Shown piece by piece: positions 32,609 to 39,200 of a DNA stretch of 39,200 nucleotides. The position numbers and the translations under genes were made by a program. The notes below the pieces were generated by a model. The model saw only the letters and a program-made list of their open reading frames with translations. It did no database searches and was not told the DNA's origin. This stretch comes from Candidatus Nanohalarchaeota archaeon QJJ-5 (lineage in GTDB: Archaea; Nanohalarchaeota; Nanosalinia; Nanosalinales; Nanoanaerosalinaceae), in the NCBI GenBank assembly GCA_022865265.1, contig JALIDO010000001.1:1-39200 (forward strand). The letters are read 5' to 3'. Position 1 is the stretch's first letter. Each line of letters starts with the position of its first letter.

Positions 32609-33409
32609 TCAATCATCGATGTATACTGTACCATCCTGTCGTGTGATCATCCCATCATCGGCCAAATCTTCGAGGATACCGGCAACATCAGCATCGAACT
32701 CTTCCTGTAACCAGCTCACCGATCGTGGCTCATCGAGAAGACGGTCCAGTATCTGGCCCCGATAGTAGCGTCGAGACCCCTCGAATGAGGACTGGGTCGT
32801 TGTCGGACTGACCCCGGTCTCCTGGCTGGTCTTTTCCATCGCACCATAGTCCATCAACGCATTGTGCCATCGTCTACTGTCACCTTCTGGCAATACCCTG
32901 CGTGCAAGATCATAGAGCTGCTGTTCGGTCAGGTCTTCATCAAGATCGAAGGCATCGATAAAGACACGCCGTATATTCGTGTCAACAGTCACCCGATCAG
33001 CATTATCGGCAAAGATACGAATTGCATTAGCTGTATATGGGCCAATGCCCGGAAGTTCTTGAAGCTCATCTACATCGGCAGGTACCTCTCCATCATACTC
33101 CTCTACAACTTTCTGTGCTGCATTGTGGAGCCACCGTGCACGATTATTATATCCAAGCCCTTTCCAGAGTGAAAGGACATCTTTGAACTGCGTATTGGCA
33201 AGTGTATCGACCGTCGGCCATTGTTCCATCCAGGCTGTCCACTTGGGCACGACTCTGCTCACTTGTGTCTGCTGGAGCATGACCTCACTTACCCATATCT
33301 TGTATCGATCAGTTGTTTTTCGCCACGGGAGATCGCGGCCATGTTCCTCGTAGAATGAAAAAACCGTCTCTCTGAATGTCTTGATCTGTTCCTGGTCGAT
33401 ATCCGGCAT
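32609..33409 (-). CDS. HhH-GPD DNA glycosylase, MutY-like, without Fe-S cluster cysteines
   Basis: LPWRKTTDRYKIWVSEVMLQQTQV (catalytic Glu context), LGYNNRAR, LPGIGPYTANAI (HhH-GPD), VDTNIRRV (catalytic Asp context) and HNALMDYGA. There is no Cys anywhere after this point, where MutY/Nth carry Cx6Cx2Cx5C. Confidence 0.75.
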   Translation of the reverse strand: MPDIDQEQIKTFRETVFSFYEEHGRDLPWRKTTDRYKIWVSEVMLQQTQVSRVVPKWTAWMEQWPTVDTLANTQFKDVLSLWKGLGYNNRARWLHNAAQKVVEEYDGEVPADVDELQELPGIGPYTANAIRIFADNADRVTVDTNIRRVFIDAFDLDEDLTEQQLYDLARRVLPEGDSRRWHNALMDYGAMEKTSQETGVSPTTTQSSFEGSRRYYRGQILDRLLDEPRSVSWLQEEFDADVAGILEDLADDGMITRQDGTVYIDD

Positions 33410-33453
33410 ATCCTTTTTCTATAGTAGTAACTCTTAAACAACTCAAGACACGA

Positions 33454-33464
33454 CAAGAAAAGAA
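33454..33464 (-). terminator. oligo-T terminator candidate (TTCTTTTCTTG on the minus strand) for the ncRNA
   Basis: The + strand reads CAAGAAAAGAA. It lies just downstream (minus sense) of the RNA closing helix and upstream of the MutY-like gene's own TTTAAGAG TATA-like element. Confidence 0.4.
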
Positions 33465-33662
33465 CCACACAAACCAATTCTGGTGGGCCTGGGCTTTAAC
33501 TTCCTCACCCGCATCTTACCCAATGGTGCGACTCGCGCCGTTCTCCCGTGTGTTTTACTGGGCGCTTACCGACGACATTTCGTTCCTTATGGAACGTAGC
33601 GGTCGCCAGCTCAGACACCTCCAAGCAGATAGACTCGGCCATTCACCAATCGGCTTGTCGGT
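33465..33662 (-). ncRNA. orphan structured ncRNA candidate (about 200 nt), class unassigned
   Basis: It sits in a 340-nt gap in an otherwise saturated region. The only ORF there (33523..33768 +) is basic and unlike this proteome. A minus-strand TATA box CCTTTATAAT lies at 33683-33692 and a T-run at 33454-33464. A terminal closing helix pairs + strand 33637-33653 with 33474-33489 and needs G-U pairs that exist only in the minus-strand transcript. A long central hairpin spans 33558-33609, with the apical stem CGUUCC-AUAA-GGAACG. Confidence 0.4.
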
Positions 33663-33682
33663 GTACCTTAAACCGGTGGAGA

Positions 33683-33692
33683 CTATTATAAA
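33683..33692 (-). promoter_or_regulatory. TATA box (TTTATAATAG, minus strand) for the ncRNA candidate
   Basis: The + strand CTATTATAAA is the reverse complement of TTTATAATAG. It lies about 25 nt upstream of the first paired segment. Confidence 0.45.
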
Positions 33693-33750
33693 GGTTGTGA
33701 ATATCGACCGTATTATCTCGATACGCTCGTCTTATCGACCGATACATCGT

Positions 33751-34662
33751 TCATTCACGATGGTTTGAGACATAGTTGTCCAAGCTCTGACCATGTGTTT
33801 CGATCACTGAGCGCTCGATGTTCCCTTCTTTATAGTGATACATCATCGCATCAGTCCACTTCGTACGGGCGGCAAGATCATAGATGGCTTCAAGTCTCTC
33901 ATCTATGTCCTCTGATGCCGTTTTTCGGTAGCCTCGATCGAATGCTTCGATCCTATCTGTATCATAGGTATCACCTGGGTCGGTAAGACCGCCGATCATG
34001 CCTTTTGCACGTTGGTGATCATACCGTGGATCGCCATAGATCGCATTATCGAAGTCAAGTACAGCAGTAATACCGTCCTCATCACCGAGGATATTGCCTG
34101 GGTGGAAATCATCATGATTCACGCGTGATGGTGGATGTTCCGGGAGATTCGATGCATCAACCTGTGAACTAATATACGAGCGGGTTTCTTTATCGATCAC
34201 CGGCGCGATACGTTCCAGGGCATGCTGTATATGCTCATCCATGAATCTGTCCCAGCGTTGGTAGGTCCCTTTTGTAGGGTCATCTTGCCCAGGGAAGCCA
34301 TAGTTCTCCATTTCAGGCTCGTGTATAGCTCCCAGTACAGCTCCAGCTTCTCTGATGAGATCCATCTCGGTCTCTTTATTCACTTGCTTCAGTACAGTGC
34401 CAAGGTCAGGCTCTGATATATATTCGTAGACAGAATACGCTGGCGGTGTTCCGCTCGATGCTACTACATCAGGAACAGGAACGGCAGTATCACTAAATAC
34501 ATCATAAAGATGTGAATTGAGGGCAATGCGGTGTGATTCTCCCACCCGTGGGACCTGGATGATATGATCATCTGTTTTCCACGTGGTCTTGACTGCACCG
34601 GCATCGATGTGTCTCGGCTCTTGCTCATATAGTCCAGTTTGGATGATAGATGGTACAGTCAT
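33751..34662 (-). CDS. aminoglycoside-phosphotransferase-fold (APH/ChoK family) kinase
   Basis: VNHDDFHPGNIL (HxDxxxxN catalytic loop), VLDFDNAIYGDPRYD (DFD metal-binding motif). I prefer ATG 34662 to the track start 34686. It begins about 30 nt after the AddA-like stop. Confidence 0.7.
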   Translation of the reverse strand: MTVPSIIQTGLYEQEPRHIDAGAVKTTWKTDDHIIQVPRVGESHRIALNSHLYDVFSDTAVPVPDVVASSGTPPAYSVYEYISEPDLGTVLKQVNKETEMDLIREAGAVLGAIHEPEMENYGFPGQDDPTKGTYQRWDRFMDEHIQHALERIAPVIDKETRSYISSQVDASNLPEHPPSRVNHDDFHPGNILGDEDGITAVLDFDNAIYGDPRYDHQRAKGMIGGLTDPGDTYDTDRIEAFDRGYRKTASEDIDERLEAIYDLAARTKWTDAMMYHYKEGNIERSVIETHGQSLDNYVSNHRE

Positions 34663-34693
34663 GAAGAAGTTGTTGTTACCACACAATAAATAA

Positions 34694-37510
34694 TTATGGG
34701 CTGGTCGTCGACAGGTCCGGACAGGCTCGGGCCAATGCTTGCACCGAGACAGGATCTACTCGTACTTGCTCATCCATGGCCGTGTAATAGATCTCGATAA
34801 TAATCTCTTTTGATGGATATTGCTGATCAAAAACGTGATAATAGACGCTCAATTGTTTCCTGTAGGCCTCTTTGTTCTGCTGTGAACGATCTGTCTTGAA
34901 ATCGATGATTTGAATCTTTTCTTCAGTTTCATGGACGAGATCGACAACCCCCTCTATAACGGCGTTATGTCCGTCCAGTGGAAGGAGGACCGATTGCTCA
35001 CTTGTCAACGCACCGGGGAGATCATCGATCAATCCTTTGATATTATGATAATCCTTGGCCTCACCAGGGTCTGGATGTTCACCATTGATGTACTGTTCTG
35101 CAAAGGTATGGACTGCAGTACCAAACTCCGTTCCTCGTCCATCTGCATGCGTCTCGATCGGTTCCATGAGATCGTGGGCAGAATATTTCCGTGGTACCTT
35201 CTGTTCTATCTCTTGATATTCGATGGTAGCTGTGTGTTCAGTTATTTGATCTCTGTATTCTGGTTCTTTCTCACAAACACGTGGTTCATGTGGAAGATTG
35301 GTGAAAAACCTGCTTTCGTTTCCTTGTTCCGCTGTAATGATGAGCTCGTTCTCTGCTCGCGTCATAGCGACATAGAATAACCGTCGTTCTTCATCGTAAT
35401 CACCTCGTATCGTCGTTGTAAGGATCTCTGTTCGCCAGTTATTGCATACATGTGGCTCCGGGTCCTCACGGTACAGCAGACGTTGACGAAGGCCGAGTAC
35501 ATCATCGAACATAATCGGCGGAGTGCTGGTCGTGTAGTCCGGGAATGACGCCTGTGTAACATCGGCAATGATGACAACAGGGTATTCTTTTCCTTTCGAT
35601 CCATGGATGGTCTCGATGGTCACGGTTTCATCGACACCTGTCCGCTCAGTATCATAGCGGATACGCTGGTCGATGTTCGTGGCTATATATTTTACGAGAC
35701 CGGCTTTATCTACCTGGTAATCGGTCTCTAGGGTACAGAGTTCATCGATGATTGCAGCGGTGATATCGGAGCGAAAACCATACTGTTCGAAGATCATCGT
35801 TGCAATACTAGGTAATGATGTCTGATCATCGAGTGCTGAACGGAACACCATCATATCTGTCGGATAATCCTCATCGCTGAGCATGGTTTCGATCATGGTC
35901 CGCGAATAGCCGGCGTCTTCAAGCACAACGGCCCAACCACGTTTTCGGTCTCCATAGCCCAATATACGGAGCCATGCCAAGACAAGTTTTCCTGGATCCG
36001 TATTGAATAGTTCGATATCGCCTCTGAATGCGGCTGGTACGTTGTATTCTTGTGCAGCTGTCGCTAAATCACGGCCAAATGCTTTTTTCCGTGTCAACAC
36101 TGCGATATCCTCATATCCAAGTTCTTTTCCTTCATAGGTGTGTTCAGGGTTCTCAACCAGATCCTGTATCAAAGCAATGATTGTCTCTTTTTCGTTTGCA
36201 CACTCTACCAGATCGACTGTGGTGTTCACATTATCTCGATCTGCCTGCAGCGACGTTGCTTGTTTTTCCATCTCTGAGGCAGTATCAGAAGCCGTAGCTG
36301 CCATTCCAAGTGTCGTTTCCGCGGTATCGATGATCTTTTGGCTTGATCGATAGTTGGTGGTAAGTTCGATCCACTCGATCGTACCAAGTTCATAGCCTAG
36401 TAGGTCAGGGCCAATTGTCGCATGATACTCTTGAACCCGGGTCTCGAATGATCTAATATTCTCCACAGATGCATACTGGAAGGCAAAGATGCTCTGTTTC
36501 CAGTCGCCGACAACAGCAATGTTACCAGTAGCTGAAAACAATAATGTCAGTTTGAACTGGATCTCATTCGTGTCCTGGAACTCATCGACCATGACATACT
36601 CGAAGCTCCATGCGTCTCGACAGTCTTCATCCTCCTGTAGGGCTACATATGACAGGATCAACAGGAATGCATAGGGCAGCTGTTCCTGTTCGATACAATG
36701 GCTGAGATATGCATGGTACAGATCATGGACGAATGATTTCAGCTCACTACGTTCGGTCTGGAATGCTTCACTGGCAAATCGATCAGGGATCGAGTTTTCT
36801 CCCCCTCGCACTGTCTGTTCTGCGGGAGCATCTGGAGCATAGAGTTTGTCATCGAATCCTCGAAGCCAGTTTTTCAGATCTGCGTTTTTTGGGCCCCGAG
36901 CCCCCTGATTAGGAGTGTTCACGGTATCAAATCGTTCTTTGAATCGTGTCCAGTCTCCATCAAGTACTCTGCCGGTCTCATGATACCATCCTTGTGCTGT
37001 TGGGATTACGCCCTTACAAGCGAGTTCGGTGATCAATGACTGAAGTTCGCTCGGATCATCGATCAGATGATAGAATGAACGATGTTCGGGATGCTGTTCT
37101 TTGAACTTCTCGAAAAACCGTTCAAACCGATCCTTCTCGAATATCGTGTTCTCAGCGATACTGAATGATGGTGAAAGTGTCGCTTCGATACCAAGCACAG
37201 GGGAAACAGCAGCACCGTATTCTTCCAAAAGCTGGTGACAGTGGCTATGGAACGTCCGGATAGGGGCCTGATCGATGATTCCTTGGTCATATGTGGTCTC
37301 TTCGCTGATTTCGGTTTTCATCTTGTCGGCTGCTGTTTCTGTGAATGTCGCCATAAGGATGTCATCTGGCTCTTTCTCTCGGTTATCCAACAGGGCTGTG
37401 TATCGCTTTGTGAGTGTATATGTTTTCCCAGTTCCAGGACCTGCATCGACACAGTAAAGACCATCATGGTTCGTGATAAGTTGTTCTTGTTGCTTATTTG
37501 GTTCGATCAA
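34694..37510 (-). CDS. UvrD/Rep-family SF1 helicase fused to a C-terminal RecB-type PD-(D/E)XK nuclease (AddA/RecB-like)
   Basis: DAGPGTGKTY (motif I), VMVDEFQDTN (II), VVGDWKQSIFAFQYA (III), TNYRS (IV), IHGSKGKEYPVV (V), FYVAMTRAE (VI). The nuclease motifs are GVVDLVHETEEKIQIIDFKTD and YRKQLSVYY. Confidence 0.8.
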   Translation of the reverse strand: MIEPNKQQEQLITNHDGLYCVDAGPGTGKTYTLTKRYTALLDNREKEPDDILMATFTETAADKMKTEISEETTYDQGIIDQAPIRTFHSHCHQLLEEYGAAVSPVLGIEATLSPSFSIAENTIFEKDRFERFFEKFKEQHPEHRSFYHLIDDPSELQSLITELACKGVIPTAQGWYHETGRVLDGDWTRFKERFDTVNTPNQGARGPKNADLKNWLRGFDDKLYAPDAPAEQTVRGGENSIPDRFASEAFQTERSELKSFVHDLYHAYLSHCIEQEQLPYAFLLILSYVALQEDEDCRDAWSFEYVMVDEFQDTNEIQFKLTLLFSATGNIAVVGDWKQSIFAFQYASVENIRSFETRVQEYHATIGPDLLGYELGTIEWIELTTNYRSSQKIIDTAETTLGMAATASDTASEMEKQATSLQADRDNVNTTVDLVECANEKETIIALIQDLVENPEHTYEGKELGYEDIAVLTRKKAFGRDLATAAQEYNVPAAFRGDIELFNTDPGKLVLAWLRILGYGDRKRGWAVVLEDAGYSRTMIETMLSDEDYPTDMMVFRSALDDQTSLPSIATMIFEQYGFRSDITAAIIDELCTLETDYQVDKAGLVKYIATNIDQRIRYDTERTGVDETVTIETIHGSKGKEYPVVIIADVTQASFPDYTTSTPPIMFDDVLGLRQRLLYREDPEPHVCNNWRTEILTTTIRGDYDEERRLFYVAMTRAENELIITAEQGNESRFFTNLPHEPRVCEKEPEYRDQITEHTATIEYQEIEQKVPRKYSAHDLMEPIETHADGRGTEFGTAVHTFAEQYINGEHPDPGEAKDYHNIKGLIDDLPGALTSEQSVLLPLDGHNAVIEGVVDLVHETEEKIQIIDFKTDRSQQNKEAYRKQLSVYYHVFDQQYPSKEIIIEIYYTAMDEQVRVDPVSVQALARACPDLSTTSP

Positions 37511-39200
37511 TGATCACCTGTCAAGATGAGGTCGCGGTTGTCAATTGTATCGAGATCAGGGTCCCCCACCGGGAACCGCTCTGTATTCCAGGTATGGAGA
37601 TGCTCCAGCCATGTTTCGATGAATGATTCGAACTGATCGAGATCGTCCTCGAATAATCGTTGTTTTCTGATAGCTGTGATCCGTTTGATGATTTGTTGAC
37701 AGGCTGTCCGTACATACTTGTAATCTCCAACCTCTTTGATGGCCAGGTCCAGTAAGGCCTCGTGGAATGGTGAATCTTCGATGATAGAAGGATCATAGTG
37801 GTCTGGTAGTGGGTGCTCCTGCAGGAATGATCTGAATCGTTCTCGACCGATGCCTTCTAGGGTCTTCCGTCTTTTGTTTGATTCGGCCACATCCCCTATC
37901 AGGGTCTCAAACAGTTCCTCATTCGCCAATGCTTTCGTGAACGATGCGGGATGATACTCGATCGTTGTCGTGATAGATTCAAGATCATCATCACCCGCCA
38001 ATCGATCGTCCAGGTTCTCTAGGAAATGGAAGAATGTAAATGATAAACGCTCATCAGGGACCTCTGTGCGATGATAGGTCAGATACATGATGACCTGGAA
38101 GGTTGGTTCGTCCTCGAATAAATCGATGTTCGCTGATGTTACAACATCACGTGCTGATTTCTGTGTGCTGCTTTTGTAATCGACAAGCTGGGTCGGACGA
38201 GGAAGATAATCGACAACACCACTGATACCGATCGAGGGCTCACTGAAGTATCGCTCGGTCCGGTCAGATGTTATCGGATTCCCGAACAGTGCTGCAAATT
38301 CATTTGTACTCCATTCCATATCGGTGTAATCTGAGAAATAGATCGGTTCTGTGTGTTGTTCATCGATATACTCCATGATGCGTTCAAGACCCAGTCTGAT
38401 CTCTGTTCGTTTGAGTGGTATCTGTTCAGCTGTAAGGAATGGTTTCAATTCATCGATGATATGCTCGATGAACGGTTCGATGCCACGTTCATTAACATCA
38501 CCGGAATGGCTGGTGTAGTATTCGGCAAATTCATGGAAGAGACTGCCACGTCTGAACCATATCCGGTCACGTTCATCGATGAGACTGCCCATCAGATAGT
38601 CACGGGGGCACCTGACAAGTGTATTGAGGTCTGATTGACTGATGGTCTGAGGGCGTTTCCGGGTTTCCTGGTTCCGTGCAACCATGAATGGCTCGGATCG
38701 ATCCGTGCTATCGGCTATGATGGTGTGTGGAAGGTCTGTGAACCGTTCGATCTGTCCATCGCCGATTCCATGCATCGGTGCAATTGGTCTGTCTCCGCGT
38801 TGATCTTCCACAAAGTAATACTGTCGTTCACCGGATTGTATCGACGCCTGTACGGTTTTTTGTAAGGCTTCATTCAGGTGCTCAGCATCATGCCACGGCT
38901 CCATTGGCTGTTGTGTCCACCGCTCGTCCATTCCAATACAGATGATGACCGGTCTATCGATATGGGTGCTGGTCCCTGGTTCGACAACCCTCAGGCCATC
39001 AGTGTTTTCAGCCCAGTCATGGGACTGGACCAGTTCCCTCATTGCAGTAAGTGTTGTATCAGAGACCGGCTTGTCTGTATATCTATGGTCCTTGATCAAC
39101 CTGTATAGTCCATCTGGTATATCCAGACCTTTTCGTTCAAGTTCCGTGAATGCATCATAGATCGTCATCTCACTCAGGGTAGCTAAGAGATTCTTGACCC
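37507..39200 (-). CDS. PD-(D/E)XK nuclease family protein, AddB/RecB-like partner subunit; probably extends beyond the window
   Basis: The track gives 37507..39168 (553 aa), but the frame stays open upstream of that ATG to nt 39200 (..VKNLLATLSEMTIYD). LVRCPRDYL, GSLFHEFAEYY, GVVDYLPRPTQLVDYKSS and FQVIMYLTY form a RecB-type nuclease motif set. ATGA overlap with the AddA-like gene. Confidence 0.6.
   Translation of the reverse strand, partial: VKNLLATLSEMTIYDAFTELERKGLDIPDGLYRLIKDHRYTDKPVSDTTLTAMRELVQSHDWAENTDGLRVVEPGTSTHIDRPVIICIGMDERWTQQPMEPWHDAEHLNEALQKTVQASIQSGERQYYFVEDQRGDRPIAPMHGIGDGQIERFTDLPHTIIADSTDRSEPFMVARNQETRKRPQTISQSDLNTLVRCPRDYLMGSLIDERDRIWFRRGSLFHEFAEYYTSHSGDVNERGIEPFIEHIIDELKPFLTAEQIPLKRTEIRLGLERIMEYIDEQHTEPIYFSDYTDMEWSTNEFAALFGNPITSDRTERYFSEPSIGISGVVDYLPRPTQLVDYKSSTQKSARDVVTSANIDLFEDEPTFQVIMYLTYHRTEVPDERLSFTFFHFLENLDDRLAGDDDLESITTTIEYHPASFTKALANEELFETLIGDVAESNKRRKTLEGIGRERFRSFLQEHPLPDHYDPSIIEDSPFHEALLDLAIKEVGDYKYVRTACQQIIKRITAIRKQRLFEDDLDQFESFIETWLEHLHTWNTERFPVGDPDLDTIDNRDLILTGDH

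Noticed and set aside
33465-33662. Assigning the ncRNA to SRP RNA, RNase P RNA, tRNA or 5S rRNA
   Set aside because: I found no helix-8 GNAR/AGCA motif, no GAGGAAAGUCC CR-I and no T-loop GTTCRAATC. The only resemblances are weak: GGUAAGCGCC and CAGAAUUGGUUUG. The class is left open rather than named.
33523-33768. 81-aa + strand ORF in the large gap
   Set aside because: It is basic (R/K/H-rich) and non-acidic, overlaps the APH gene end, and the region is better explained as a minus-strand structured RNA.
1-39200. CRISPR arrays, IS elements, integrases, prophage or a defence-island signature
   Set aside because: I saw no regularly spaced direct repeats, no transposase or integrase-like ORFs, no tRNA attachment site, and no abrupt change in the uniformly acidic protein composition.

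Overview
The window is a dense, about 93% coding chromosomal segment from a salt-in halophilic archaeon. Nearly every credible protein is strongly acidic (D/E-rich). Promoters look archaeal, with TATA boxes about 25 nt upstream of start codons. Many genes are joined by 4-14 nt start/stop overlaps. Mid-40s % GC by eye, small proteins, tight packing and a salvage-type gene set suggest a Nanohaloarchaeota/DPANN-like or other low-GC haloarchaeal genome; this is inference only. I support about 36 CDS, two of them micro-ORFs below the ORF-track cutoff, plus one orphan structured ncRNA candidate. I saw no rRNA, tRNA, CRISPR array, transposase or integrase. The content is dominated by DNA repair and nucleotide or cofactor pool control. 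The repair genes are a partial YprA/MrfA-type DUF1998 helicase, Mre11-Rad50, a HerA-like ATPase, a photolyase, an EndoIV-like TIM barrel, a cysteine-free MutY-like glycosylase and an AddAB-like helicase-nuclease pair. The pool-control genes are a DNPH1 homologue, a 7-gene NAD operon (NAPRT, three unknown genes, NAD kinase, NrtR-like regulator) and a dNTP operon (tmk, class II RNR, P-loop kinase, SAMHD1-like HD hydrolase). The best candidates for something undescribed are: (a) three translationally coupled acidic unknown proteins inside the NAD operon, together with a perfect palindromic operator candidate; (b) a 967-aa wHTH plus tandem metallophosphoesterase protein; (c) a roughly 200-nt ncRNA with its own TATA box, closing helix and T-run; (d) an archaeal AddAB-like pair co-operonic with an APH-fold kinase. 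All family assignments rest on motif recognition by eye; no database search was run.
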